Source: a virus (taxonomy: Duplodnaviria; Caudoviricetes). Taken from it: 64,000 nt of DNA. The stretch lies in IMG/VR virus record IMGVR_UViG_3300034062_005355; one strand, given 5' to 3'. Under the pieces are notes generated by a model. That model was not told the DNA's origin and did not search any database. It worked only from the letters and a program-made list of their open reading frames with translations. This document shows positions 48,896 to 58,647 of this stretch, in pieces (position 1 is the first letter of the stretch; every line of letters starts with the position of its first letter). The position numbers and the translations under genes are program-made.

Positions 48896-49215
48896 TAACG
48901 ATTGAAGATGTAAAGAAATGGTCTAAACCACACCCAATGTCAGAGTATTTAGGTATTGGTGGTGGTAAAGGTAGAATGTCTCGTTTTGGAAACAAAGAAA
49001 TTGAATTTTCTATTGTTGGTGGAGACCGAGGTTTGTATGGTGATTTTGAAAAAACTTTTGAAGTTGCAATATTTGATAGAAAGTCAAATGATTTTGTCAC
49101 AAGATTTTTTTATCCTGAAGCAACCGACGATGTAATTCCATACATGGATGCAAACAAAGTTGAAGAGTTAGTAAATTCTGTAATTAAAAGAGAGAGATTG
49201 AGTGTTGAAAGATAG
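48892..49215 (+). CDS. hypothetical protein
   Basis: ATGA overlap; GLYGD...TFEVAI motif. Confidence 0.75.
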   Translation: MITIEDVKKWSKPHPMSEYLGIGGGKGRMSRFGNKEIEFSIVGGDRGLYGDFEKTFEVAIFDRKSNDFVTRFFYPEATDDVIPYMDANKVEELVNSVIKRERLSVER

Positions 49216-49271
49216 TTTACAAGTTTATTAAAACTTGGTGGTGGACGCCTGACAATTCCAGTCAGTCCCTG

Positions 49272-49299
49272 AAAGAGAGGCTTCGGTCTCTCTTTTTTT
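49272..49299. terminator. terminator between convergent genes
   Basis: AAAGAGAGGC-TTCG-GTCTCTCTTT, cUUCGg loop, T run. Confidence 0.8.
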
Positions 49300-49801
49300 A
49301 TATCTGAGAATCAAAGTGGATTATTAATCCTGTTTTTTTGAATATTTGAGATATACATTCGTATTGAATATCGTCCATAAATTCACCATATTCACCCATT
49401 GTACCTAAGTCAACTTCATCATATATGTCGTCTAAAGTTTTTTCTTCACCATCATGAATTAACATGGAATCACCCCAAGTATAATGTATCCATACTTCTT
49501 TATATTCTTCATCACCCTCAACAAAATCAAATCCGTTGATGATTAGATAGATATATGAACCAGTCTCACCAACCCTGTCACTTAAATCTATTTTAATTCC
49601 AGGTGAATAAGTGGCACCTAACGATGAAAAAGTCTTGTTAACAAATTCATTTGCTCTTTCTTGACCTACTTCTAATATTAAATCTTCTATAAAATTATTA
49701 AGGTTATAGTTAATTGAGTTGGCAATTACCAATGAATTGGGTGATGGATTAGGATAACCCAACTTTTGTGCTACTTTAAGAAATGTTTTTAAATCTGACA
49801 T
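49298..49801 (-). CDS. hypothetical protein
   Basis: 167 aa; coupled to the upstream gene. Confidence 0.75.
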   Translation of the reverse strand: MSDLKTFLKVAQKLGYPNPSPNSLVIANSINYNLNNFIEDLILEVGQERANEFVNKTFSSLGATYSPGIKIDLSDRVGETGSYIYLIINGFDFVEGDEEYKEVWIHYTWGDSMLIHDGEEKTLDDIYDEVDLGTMGEYGEFMDDIQYECISQIFKKTGLIIHFDSQI

Positions 49802-50658
49802 TATAGTGTGTATTTTTCTAATCCATCGTTATCCATCCAAATACGATAATAACTTTTATATAGTTTTGGCTCATCTTCATAGTTTGCGCAATAAACGTCA
49901 TTAGGTAGGACTGCAGAACGAAACTCAGAATGTTTTTCATCATAACCTAATACAATATATTCATCACTTAGACGGTCAAAATCGTATTCTGAAAGTGCTG
50001 GTGTCATTGTACCTGATTCAAGTTCGCATTTGTCCTTAATAAAACTATTCCAAGTAATTATAAAATAATATTTGTATTCATGTTCATTTGTTTCTACCTG
50101 TCCGTCACCGTCACAAGTTGAACAGTCTTCAGTCCCACGTCCATCACAGTTTTCACAATATTCATTACCGCTACCACCACATTCGTCACAACCAATTTCA
50201 CCACTACCATAACAATAATCACAGTCTACGTATTCATTATCCTCACCATCCACTTCAATTCTCCCATCTCCATTACAGGTTTCACAATTAACCGTTCCAT
50301 TACCAATACATTTATTGCATTCAATACTTCCTTCTCCGCCACAATAACCACAACGAAGTGAACTATCGCCGCCGCACTCATCGCATTTTGCTTGATAATA
50401 ATCTGGCTCCATAATAAATAAGGAAGCAAAACCTGATTTATTTAATATATTTTCAGCCAATTTAAAGTTACCTGTGTTTTTAAGTGAATATATGTATAAA
50501 ACTAATTTAAGTATGTTTGAAGGGTCAAAGTTTTGGAAATACTCAAATTGTTGTTTATATACATTATTAAAACGGATATAACAATCTTGAGCGTTTTTAA
50601 AGTCCTCAGAAAATAGTCCAACCATTTTGGTTGATAGCCTTTGTAATTTCTCGTTCAT
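49801..50658 (-). CDS. DnaJ-type zinc-finger repeat protein (no J domain)
   Basis: About 7 CxxCxGxG-type motifs in tandem. Confidence 0.8.
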   Translation of the reverse strand: MNEKLQRLSTKMVGLFSEDFKNAQDCYIRFNNVYKQQFEYFQNFDPSNILKLVLYIYSLKNTGNFKLAENILNKSGFASLFIMEPDYYQAKCDECGGDSSLRCGYCGGEGSIECNKCIGNGTVNCETCNGDGRIEVDGEDNEYVDCDYCYGSGEIGCDECGGSGNEYCENCDGRGTEDCSTCDGDGQVETNEHEYKYYFIITWNSFIKDKCELESGTMTPALSEYDFDRLSDEYIVLGYDEKHSEFRSAVLPNDVYCANYEDEPKLYKSYYRIWMDNDGLEKYTL

Positions 50659-50659
50659 A

Positions 50660-51067
50660 TTAACTAGGGTATGTTATGCTAAGAGATACTGAGAATGTGT
50701 GAACATTTTCAAGTTCGTAATTTATTTTAAATATCATTACATCTGATACATAAACATTATCATCACCTGATTTTAACTTTCCTTCTTGAGTTGGGGTATA
50801 TTGTGTAATAACACCTCTAACAGTTTCAAACAATCTATTAAGGTCTGAGGTAAAAATATGTGGTTCATATCCATCAAGTGCACCTTCATATTCAAAATCC
50901 ATGTCAATATTCACTCGTTCTATTATTCTAACGCCATCAGTATTTTCCATGGTTTCAAATTCTACATCCATTTCTTTTACAATGCATTTCTTTTGTTGTA
51001 GTTCCGCTTTATAAAGGTACTTCAATTTTTCAGCAAGGACTGATTCTTTTTTAAAATCTAAACTCAT
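50660..51067 (-). CDS. hypothetical protein
   Basis: 135 aa; TATTTATT 4 nt upstream on the minus strand. Confidence 0.75.
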   Translation of the reverse strand: MSLDFKKESVLAEKLKYLYKAELQQKKCIVKEMDVEFETMENTDGVRIIERVNIDMDFEYEGALDGYEPHIFTSDLNRLFETVRGVITQYTPTQEGKLKSGDDNVYVSDVMIFKINYELENVHTFSVSLSITYPS

Positions 51068-51132
51068 ATGTAATAAATAGATTTGATTTGTAAAAATGAT
51101 TATATATATTTATTATGTAAGTTAAAACAATT

Positions 51133-51366
51133 ATGGACTTTAAAATAACAATAACTGAAGAAGATATCAAGAATCATCCGAATAATTATGAGTTGGGTAA
51201 TTACATTAGAAAAAAATATCATGAATATTCTAACTTAAAGTATGATAAATGTATTCAGTGCGGTCTTGAATCACCCTACACAGAGGACACACATATTGAT
51301 ATGAGGTATGGATATATTGAAGGTGTTGGACAATTTTGTTTCCAAGAAAATATTTGTAAAAAATAA
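51133..51366 (+). CDS. small CxxC protein
   Basis: KCIQCG...GQFC; MDFKITITE leader. Confidence 0.7.
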   Translation: MDFKITITEEDIKNHPNNYELGNYIRKKYHEYSNLKYDKCIQCGLESPYTEDTHIDMRYGYIEGVGQFCFQENICKK

Positions 51367-51418
51367 TTTGGTAGTTCCGATTTAAATTGTATCTTTGTAT
51401 TCACAAAACGATAAAGAT

Positions 51419-51898
51419 ATGACAACTACAAACACAGCAACAGAAAAAAACATCATCAAATTAACTGAAGGTATTTTGGCGGGAGACGTATTTTATGGAT
51501 CTTTTGAAACGAATATCGATGATAAGAAAATATCTGTAATGGTCTCTAATAATATTAAAGACTTAAATCAGGAATATGAATTCCGTATTGCTGGAAAATG
51601 TAATGCTGGTTTTATAAATATTCATGACATCAAAGGAACTCCTCGTAGTGTAATCACAGCATATAAGAAAAACTCTTTGGTGAATATTCAGGTTAAATGT
51701 GTTTATAAAAATGGTGTTGAACTTTGGCACAATGTTTTAACAACCAAAGGAAACAAATGGTATTCAATCGATAAATCATTCTTGGATGTTTTGACGGTTG
51801 GAAACATGAGAAAGTCATTCCCTGATATGTGCGATTCAAAGATATGGGAAAAAATGGGAGCCAAAACATGGGCGGACAAAGCCTTCACTCAAAACTAA
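51419..51898 (+). CDS. hypothetical early protein
   Basis: ATG at 51419 inside the repeat cassette. Confidence 0.75.
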   Translation: MTTTNTATEKNIIKLTEGILAGDVFYGSFETNIDDKKISVMVSNNIKDLNQEYEFRIAGKCNAGFINIHDIKGTPRSVITAYKKNSLVNIQVKCVYKNGVELWHNVLTTKGNKWYSIDKSFLDVLTVGNMRKSFPDMCDSKIWEKMGAKTWADKAFTQN

Positions 51899-51902
51899 AA
51901 TA

Positions 51903-51932
51903 AAATCCCCCTTGATTGGTCAAGGGGGATTT
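51903..51932 (+). terminator. hairpin/terminator
   Basis: AAATCCCCCTTGA-TTGG-TCAAGGGGGATTT, 13-bp stem. Confidence 0.75.
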
Positions 51933-51946
51933 CTTATAATTAACAT

Positions 51947-52270
51947 ATGGAAAATATTAAAGAAAAATTAAAAACCGCACTAAAACAATTATCGTTTTAT
52001 ACCGTAATCTCTCTTAGTTTTGTGGCGGGAGGGTCAATCGGATACTACTACAATTACATTAAAGTAAACTACACAAAACAAACACCAGTTGTTTCTGTTA
52101 AAAAAGATGAGGTTAAACTTGCAATTGATGAAAACAATAATCTATTGGTTATCAGAAAGAAAGATGGTTCATATACCATTTATCAAGATTCTGTTGGGTA
52201 CATGATTTTTAATTTGTACGCAAAAAACATTTGGGGTCAAGCATCATCACCTAAAACACCTTCTAATTGA
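51947..52270 (+). CDS. single-TM membrane protein
   Basis: FYTVISLSFVAGGSIGYYY hydrophobic segment. Confidence 0.7.
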   Translation: MENIKEKLKTALKQLSFYTVISLSFVAGGSIGYYYNYIKVNYTKQTPVVSVKKDEVKLAIDENNNLLVIRKKDGSYTIYQDSVGYMIFNLYAKNIWGQASSPKTPSN

Positions 52271-52812
52271 TGGTAAAGAATGGACTAAAATATTTCTATT
52301 TGTTGTTTGCCGTTATGGTAATCCTTGCAGCTTTTAATTTGGTGGGATTAACAAGACCAAACGAAGGTTATAAACTTGAAAACATTGGAGGTAACCCAAA
52401 CTCACCATACAGTCTTCAGGTTTATACTTCAATTGAGAAATATTCTAATGAATATAAAATCCCAAAATATATTGCATACAATATTGCCTTCCTTGAAACA
52501 AGGTATCAAGGACCATTTGATTGGGATTACCATGGGAAGTTAACATCATTTGCTGGAGCTAAAGGGCCAATGCAGATTATGCCAAAAACAGCAAATTACA
52601 TCAGTGGTAGGAACATTACTCAAAAGGAACTATTACATAACATTGACCTGAATGTTCAACTATCAATGAAACTGTTACATAAACTACGTAAACAATATAA
52701 TGATTGGGGGTTAATATGTGGATATTATAATACTGGATACCCTCAGATTAATGAATATGCTAGATTTTGTGTAACCAACAAAGATTATAAAAAAAATTGG
52801 GTGGAATATTAA
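52270..52812 (+). CDS. lytic transglycosylase (SLT domain) with N-terminal membrane anchor
   Basis: IAFLETRY (catalytic Glu), GAKGPMQIMPKTA, YYNTG; N-terminal hydrophobic stretch. Confidence 0.85.
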   Translation: MVKNGLKYFYLLFAVMVILAAFNLVGLTRPNEGYKLENIGGNPNSPYSLQVYTSIEKYSNEYKIPKYIAYNIAFLETRYQGPFDWDYHGKLTSFAGAKGPMQIMPKTANYISGRNITQKELLHNIDLNVQLSMKLLHKLRKQYNDWGLICGYYNTGYPQINEYARFCVTNKDYKKNWVEY

Positions 52813-52870
52813 AAATTGTTTGGTAGTTCCGATTTAAGTTGTATCTTTGTATTCACAAAACGATAAAGAT

Positions 52871-53452
52871 ATGACAAATACAGATACCACCACAATCGAA
52901 AAAGTTCAAAACTACACAGGAAAAAATTCTTTCATTGCGAAAATGAAAGATACCATCAATAAGTATGGTAAATTAACTCCAAGACAAGAAGAAGCGGTTG
53001 TTAACATCTTCCAAAGAGAAGAGAACGAAAGAACCGTTCAGATGAATTGGCCAACTCCAGGTGAGACTTTGATTATCGGTCGTAATGTTGGTCAAGACTT
53101 GAAAGAAACCTACGGATTGGAATTTAATCCTGTATTGATTGACATCACCCGTTTATTGTCTGTTAGTCCAAAGGCAATCAAGTTCTCAGGTAAGATGACC
53201 GTTAAACGTGGTAACCTTTGTGTGTGTTGTGGACGTGAATTGACCGATGAGTTCTCAATGTTAACCAAAATGGGTAAGACATGTGCAAGACACATGAAGA
53301 TGGAATACATCAAAGACAGGTCTGAGGTTGAACGTTTCCGTCAAGATTACTTGAATCGTGTTGATGAGATTGGTGAATTTGAATTTACAATCCCAAAACG
53401 CCAAATCAGAAAGTGGGAAGGAATGACAGAATCTATCGTGAAAACAATTTAA
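52871..53452 (+). CDS. hypothetical early protein
   Basis: ATG at 52871 inside the repeat cassette; LTPRQ..AV and CVCCGRELTD...GKTCA motifs. Confidence 0.75.
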   Translation: MTNTDTTTIEKVQNYTGKNSFIAKMKDTINKYGKLTPRQEEAVVNIFQREENERTVQMNWPTPGETLIIGRNVGQDLKETYGLEFNPVLIDITRLLSVSPKAIKFSGKMTVKRGNLCVCCGRELTDEFSMLTKMGKTCARHMKMEYIKDRSEVERFRQDYLNRVDEIGEFEFTIPKRQIRKWEGMTESIVKTI

Positions 53453-53455
53453 AAA

Positions 53456-53491
53456 AAAGAATCCTCAACCTTGAAAAGCTGGGGATTTTTT
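53456..53491 (+). terminator. intrinsic terminator
   Basis: AATCCTCA...TGGGGATT plus T run. Confidence 0.6.
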
Positions 53492-53505
53492 CTTATTATT
53501 GTACC

Positions 53506-53712
53506 ATGAGTTATATAATTATAAAAATGGTCAAAAATTTGGTTAGGTCAACCGAATTACCAGTAATCATCTTAGATGGTGAAGGAGAAGTATTAGAATT
53601 TGATACAATAGAACAAGCGGAAGATATGAGAAGCCGTTTTGAGATTAATTCAGATTCAGGTTACAAGTATAGAATTAAAAAAATAGGTGAACACCATGAT
53701 ACAATTACATAA
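53506..53712 (+). CDS. hypothetical protein
   Basis: Start at 53506 or 53527. Confidence 0.65.
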   Translation: MSYIIIKMVKNLVRSTELPVIILDGEGEVLEFDTIEQAEDMRSRFEINSDSGYKYRIKKIGEHHDTIT

Positions 53713-54022
53713 AACTGAACAAGAACTTATTGACGAAATCTTAAAAGAATTCAACTTTGAAAAGTGCAAAGTGGTAATGGACCATTTGAATTGGACTTGG
53801 GGATATATTAACCAAGTCCCAAGTATTCAACAATTGAAAGAATCTGCAAGAGATAGAATTGAAAGTGCTATTGAAGGTTTGAAAGGTAGTAAAAAATGGT
53901 CTTATCACCAACCATATATGTCTTCAAGTGGTGGTTTGTGTGTATATGTTTGGAAGAATAGATATGGTCAAATATGCGACATTAAACTTGAGTTTGTCTT
54001 AACAGAATGGGATACTTTTTAA
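53687..54022 (+). CDS. hypothetical protein
   Basis: 111 aa. Confidence 0.7.
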   Translation: MNTMIQLHKTEQELIDEILKEFNFEKCKVVMDHLNWTWGYINQVPSIQQLKESARDRIESAIEGLKGSKKWSYHQPYMSSSGGLCVYVWKNRYGQICDIKLEFVLTEWDTF

Positions 54023-54137
54023 ATATGTGAAAATGATTAATTTAGATTTATCAAAACAATTATCAACTCAATATTAGGGAAATCAACCCTTTCCGCACAT
54101 TGGTGAAGATATCTGAACTTTAATATATTTATTAACA

Positions 54138-54545
54138 ATGAAGGTATGTTTCAAAAATATTGATAATTCAATAACATCAAAACAAATCAATGTTATTAAA
54201 GAGTTTGTTAAATTTGTTCAGACTCATTTACCATTGAAGAAGGATGTTTACATTAATTTTTTACCTGATAGGAGTGTAAAAATGACCACAGGTGTTAGAT
54301 TTCCTAAAGGTGAAATATTTGTGTTAAGTGGCAATAGATTATTGATTGATATTCTTAGAACATTAAGTCATGAATGGGTTCACGAATTCCAACACCAAAA
54401 AATGGGATTAAAAGACAATGCTAAAATTCAAAACATCGGAGGACCTGAAGAAAATATGTGTAATATTTTATCAGGTATTTTTATAAAAAAATTCGACAAA
54501 GAATTTCCAAAATATTCAAATGTATTGTATGGGGAGAATAAATAA
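54138..54545 (+). CDS. HExxH metallopeptidase-like protein
   Basis: LRTLSHEWVHEFQH...EENMCN; TATTTATT upstream. Confidence 0.7.
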   Translation: MKVCFKNIDNSITSKQINVIKEFVKFVQTHLPLKKDVYINFLPDRSVKMTTGVRFPKGEIFVLSGNRLLIDILRTLSHEWVHEFQHQKMGLKDNAKIQNIGGPEENMCNILSGIFIKKFDKEFPKYSNVLYGENK

Positions 54546-54602
54546 AATTACTATAAGATAAATTAATTATCTTATAGTAATTGATTATCTTATAGTAATT
54601 GA

Positions 54603-55103
54603 TTATCTGAATTTCTCCATTCTTTTTCTAATTAATTCTGCGGTTTCATAATCTTGATCATCGATTGCAGCTTTAAGATATACTTCGCACTCAATTTCAT
54701 TTAATAATTCAATCGGTTTTCCATCAATCTTTCCACCTGATTTTGATTCACCAAGTTCTGATTTGAATCCTGGTTCTACTCCCATAGATTTTTTACACTC
54801 ATCATAGTTACGTCTCCATAACGCAGACTTGTTTGTGTTAAAACAAGACCACTCGCATTTGTATGTGGTATCACCAATTTCAAGATAAATGTTGTATTCA
54901 TTCCAACCAACAACCTTTACCAAACTTTGATTCAACTTTTGTATTGCGTAATATTCTTCACTATCTGTTTTTAGAATTATTTTATCACCAACAATCCAAT
55001 CTTTAAATTCTGATTTTCGTGATTTCAATTGTATGGTGTGATATAAAAATCCAATTAAAACTGCTCCGAATAAACCACCTGTTAAAATTAATAATGTTAT
55101 CAT
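54603..55103 (-). CDS. TM protein with C-terminal UvrB/UvrC motif
   Basis: N-terminal TM; LKAAIDDQDYETAELIRKRM. Confidence 0.7.
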   Translation of the reverse strand: MITLLILTGGLFGAVLIGFLYHTIQLKSRKSEFKDWIVGDKIILKTDSEEYYAIQKLNQSLVKVVGWNEYNIYLEIGDTTYKCEWSCFNTNKSALWRRNYDECKKSMGVEPGFKSELGESKSGGKIDGKPIELLNEIECEVYLKAAIDDQDYETAELIRKRMEKFR

Positions 55104-55145
55104 ATTTTTATTATTTAGATTACAAAGATAATTGTTTTTTTAATA

Positions 55146-55451
55146 TTATTCTTCTTTTTTATTTAAACGTTTGTAAACCTCATCCTCAACTCTAACTAAA
55201 AAATCAATTTCTTTTTCAATCTTACTATCAATTAATCTACCAAATCTTGGCATAATTTCATAAAGATTAGTATAAAATCTTGCTGAGTTAAACTTCAGTT
55301 TTATTTGACTGTATTTAAAACCAGGAATTTTGATTAAGTCCTGAAATACTTCATCCAAATATTCAATAACAGATGGATAACCAATATCCAAACCGTAATG
55401 ACCATCTTCAAGATAATCTTTGTACTTTTCGTTAAATTCGTCTATTTTCAT
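55146..55451 (-). CDS. hypothetical protein
   Basis: Start reassigned to MKIDEFNE; YSQIKLKFNSARFY motif. Confidence 0.7.
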   Translation of the reverse strand: MKIDEFNEKYKDYLEDGHYGLDIGYPSVIEYLDEVFQDLIKIPGFKYSQIKLKFNSARFYTNLYEIMPRFGRLIDSKIEKEIDFLVRVEDEVYKRLNKKEE

Positions 55452-55455
55452 AATT

Positions 55456-55713
55456 TTAATCTTCTTCAGGGTTAAATAATTCAAAATGCGTGTTTTCATC
55501 CATTTCTTTCCATCCACCTTCACCATCTTGGTAAGTGAATGCTAAAGTCACGATACAATCACGAAGACCATCCATTTCTTTTTGGATTGAATCTACGTCA
55601 ATTGAGACATGAGAATCCCAAGATTTGTCCTTGATATTCTTATTTAATTTTTCTGCGAGGGAGTTGTAGTTCCTTAACAACTGTCTCCTCAATCCGTCCA
55701 TTGATACTTCCAT
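55456..55713 (-). CDS. hypothetical protein
   Basis: 85 aa. Confidence 0.7.
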   Translation of the reverse strand: MEVSMDGLRRQLLRNYNSLAEKLNKNIKDKSWDSHVSIDVDSIQKEMDGLRDCIVTLAFTYQDGEGGWKEMDENTHFELFNPEED

Positions 55714-55720
55714 TGTTGTA

Positions 55721-56332
55721 TTAGTTTAATGAGTCAGGTAAATAAAGTAAAGTTGGGTTCTTCTTTTGGATATCAGGTACATCACCTTGTAAAGCCATAA
55801 TCTTGTTGAACTCCATGACATCAAATCTACCAGTGATTAGGTGGTAACCACTTTTGGTTGGGATGGCGGCATAGATTTTATTTCCTTCAGGTCTGCATGA
55901 ATTAACAAGTTTCATAATCTTCAACAAGGCTTCTTCACTCTTCATATCAACATCAACAATCCATCTTTTTTCTTGGGTTTTAATTTGACCCACAACTGAA
56001 TCAAATAAACCTTTTTGATTGTGTTGTCCGTTTTGGATACGTTGCGCCAAGTTAACCATCATATTTAATGAAACATCAAAGTGATTTTGTTTTTGAACAT
56101 GAATATATGCACGAGCCTTAAACATCTCACAAAGTTGTTTAATCTCGTCATATCTACGTTCAAGGTGATCAATACTTTCAATACAATAGGTCTTAATGGT
56201 CCTTACCGATTGATGGTTGTCCTTTTCACCTTCAGGTTGGTCTTTCTTTCTTTTGAACACATAAAGCATGTAGAAGTCACCTTCCTTATCAAAGTTCAAA
56301 AGCGGTTTAATTATTTCTAAATTGTTAATCAT
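55721..56332 (-). CDS. AEP (primase-polymerase)-fold protein
   Basis: RWIVDVD and PTKSGYHLI resemble AEP motifs I/II. Confidence 0.55.
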   Translation of the reverse strand: MINNLEIIKPLLNFDKEGDFYMLYVFKRKKDQPEGEKDNHQSVRTIKTYCIESIDHLERRYDEIKQLCEMFKARAYIHVQKQNHFDVSLNMMVNLAQRIQNGQHNQKGLFDSVVGQIKTQEKRWIVDVDMKSEEALLKIMKLVNSCRPEGNKIYAAIPTKSGYHLITGRFDVMEFNKIMALQGDVPDIQKKNPTLLYLPDSLN

Positions 56333-56478
56333 AATTCTGTTGTTGGTTTAAGCCATAATCCTTTTCCAAACATTATTTCTAATATCTTTGGATTAGTATA
56401 TTTAATTTTTTCAAATAAGTCCAATGTTTTTAGTGTATCATGCTTCATCATTTTATAGACTTCATACATTTTAAACAT
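56329..56478 (-). CDS. hypothetical protein (49 aa; not in ORF track)
   Basis: Hand-translated MFKMYEVYK...LWLKPTTEL*; ATGA overlap with the next gene; TAAATTTG promoter motif upstream. Confidence 0.55.
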   Translation of the reverse strand: MFKMYEVYKMMKHDTLKTLDLFEKIKYTNPKILEIMFGKGLWLKPTTEL

Positions 56479-56553
56479 GGGACAAATTTATTAAATTATT
56501 TTTTATTTTCCAATTTAATTTTGGTTTTTTATTTATAATTGTATTTATTATTA

Positions 56554-57150
56554 ATGAAAATCATAATCACAGAAGAACAATTCAGCAGATTCAATAGAAG
56601 TAGTCCTGCATTACAGAATGGGATTAATAAGTATTTGAATCAATACATAGAAGGTGGTACTAGAAAGATTGGTAAAAAATCTCGTAATTATGGTAATCTT
56701 AGTGAAGATTGGTGTATTGATGGAAAAAATACAATAAGTGTTTATTATAATTTTGATGTTGACGGTAATTTTAAAGATGGTTATTTATACCTTGATAGAG
56801 AACTTGTAAAAACTATATCTAAATTATTTAGTGTTAAACCAACATATGTTTTCCATGTTATTGAAGAATGGTACCAAGATGTAATGATTCCAAAGTTTGA
56901 ACAAATGGTTGGAGAATCTGGATTATATGTTGATAAAATAGATACATCTGAAAGTGTAGATGATTGTGTTCCTGAACCTGAAAAACCTGAAGGTATTACA
57001 GATGATGAAATGATTGACTTTATTGTTAAAAATACTTTATATTCTAAACCTGAGGTATTACAAAAAATAGAATCTGGTGAAAGAGATCTTGAAGATTTTT
57101 ATTTAGATGTTGTTGATGTTATTAATCGTAAAAAAATAACGGGATTTTAA
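56554..57150 (+). CDS. ITE-leader family protein
   Basis: MKIIITEEQF; TATTTATT 4 nt upstream. Confidence 0.75.
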   Translation: MKIIITEEQFSRFNRSSPALQNGINKYLNQYIEGGTRKIGKKSRNYGNLSEDWCIDGKNTISVYYNFDVDGNFKDGYLYLDRELVKTISKLFSVKPTYVFHVIEEWYQDVMIPKFEQMVGESGLYVDKIDTSESVDDCVPEPEKPEGITDDEMIDFIVKNTLYSKPEVLQKIESGERDLEDFYLDVVDVINRKKITGF

Positions 57151-57151
57151 T

Positions 57152-57460
57152 ATGAAATACATTATTAGTGAAGAACAATTAACTAATGTTGTTAAAAAAT
57201 TCAAAAAAGATGATGTTGATAGAGGTAAATTAGGTCATATTATTGAAAAACTTGTTTTAAGTTATTTTCAAAGGACTATTTGTGATGTGGTTGCTATATT
57301 CATACCTGATTTAGATGATTATATTGTTTTAATCTTAACACCCGATTATTATGGTGAGGAGACCACTACTAAAATCGCACGTAATATTGAAAATTATATT
57401 GGGATTAGTACAAATGTTATAATTACCCAATCACGAGATTGTGATAAGATGGATAAATAA
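57152..57460 (+). CDS. ITE-leader family protein
   Basis: MKYIISEEQL. Confidence 0.75.
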   Translation: MKYIISEEQLTNVVKKFKKDDVDRGKLGHIIEKLVLSYFQRTICDVVAIFIPDLDDYIVLILTPDYYGEETTTKIARNIENYIGISTNVIITQSRDCDKMDK

Positions 57461-57708
57461 TTTATTCAAATTATTTTTTTATTTAAAGATTTCTACTATC
57501 CTTACAGTCTAAACCATTTTTATAAATTGTTATCTACATATGTCATCTGTAGATGAGACCAAAAAAACAACAGTCAAAAGTATTGGTAAAAAATGAATAC
57601 GGAATGCCAACTGTTAATGGTAAAAGACTCCCTGCGTTCAGAGTTATTTCCAAAGGTAAAAAATAATTATGTATTGTTTGTTAAATCCTTAATTATTATA
57701 TTTGCAAT

Positions 57709-58647
57709 ATGAATAAAGTAATTAACCGATTAATTAATGATGCAACCCAAGGAGTCGATACATATAAAACCAAAGACTCGACATGGCTTATATTTACGGA
57801 AAGTAAAAGATGGGTAATCGAACTCACAAAGGGAGGTACTCTATGGTATAATTATAATTTTTTTCAAGGAATATTGGTATACCTTTCAATGGATGTTATT
57901 GAAAATCAACACTATATTACCAAATGGGTTGAAGATAATGTTATAACTGGGGTGAAACGTATTAATGAGGACTACTCCGAAAATATTGAATTTGTTGAAC
58001 ACACCATTCAAAATGGGGTGAAAGACACCTATTCCAATTATGGTATTGGTATTTTTAGCGCTGATAAAGAAATAGTTGAACACACAATTCAAAATGGGGT
58101 GAAAGACATCCGAGTTTCAACTTATCAAAATACGTTTGCAGTTGAACACATCATTCAAAATGGGGTGAAAGACACCGAAGTCGAAAATTTCGACTTCATT
58201 AAAAGCGTTGAAGATACCATTCAAAATGGGGTAAAACATACCGAATATGGTGATTGGTTAGATGGTGATGAGAGATTTGATGATATCATTCAAAATGGGG
58301 TTAAAAAAACCCTAAGTGTGGAAGAAGGAACATTTACTTCTATTGGTTTTGGTGCTCACGTTGAAGACACATTACAAAATGGGGTAAAATATGTTGGCGG
58401 AATAGGTAATCCAAAGTGGGTTGGGAAAAAAGTTGAAGACACCATTCAAAATGGGGTTAAAGAAACAAAAATTGGTGCGCCTGATAATCGTGATTATTTT
58501 ATTGAAGACGCCATTCAAAATGGTGTTAAACACACTGAAGCTGGTGGTTACTTAGGTTCTATAGAAATGAAAGGTAAAATAGTTCACCAACTTGAATCTC
58601 CAAAACAAAATGAGGAAGTTGAATATGTTATAGAAAATGGGGGTTAA
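57709..58647 (+). CDS. QNGVK-repeat protein, N-terminal part
   Basis: N-domain plus about 10 VExxIQNGVKxT repeats; ends at a G5 frameshift. Confidence 0.75.
   Translation: MNKVINRLINDATQGVDTYKTKDSTWLIFTESKRWVIELTKGGTLWYNYNFFQGILVYLSMDVIENQHYITKWVEDNVITGVKRINEDYSENIEFVEHTIQNGVKDTYSNYGIGIFSADKEIVEHTIQNGVKDIRVSTYQNTFAVEHIIQNGVKDTEVENFDFIKSVEDTIQNGVKHTEYGDWLDGDERFDDIIQNGVKKTLSVEEGTFTSIGFGAHVEDTLQNGVKYVGGIGNPKWVGKKVEDTIQNGVKETKIGAPDNRDYFIEDAIQNGVKHTEAGGYLGSIEMKGKIVHQLESPKQNEEVEYVIENGG

Larger units (their letters stand above)
51367..52877 (+). repeat. 59-nt direct repeat promoter/leader cassette (51367-51425 and 52819-52877)
   Basis: TTTGGTAGTTCCGATTTAA(A/G)TTGTATCTTTGTATTCACAAAACGATAAAGATATGACAA; 1 mismatch; TTTG-N19-TATCTTTG. 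Confidence 0.92.
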
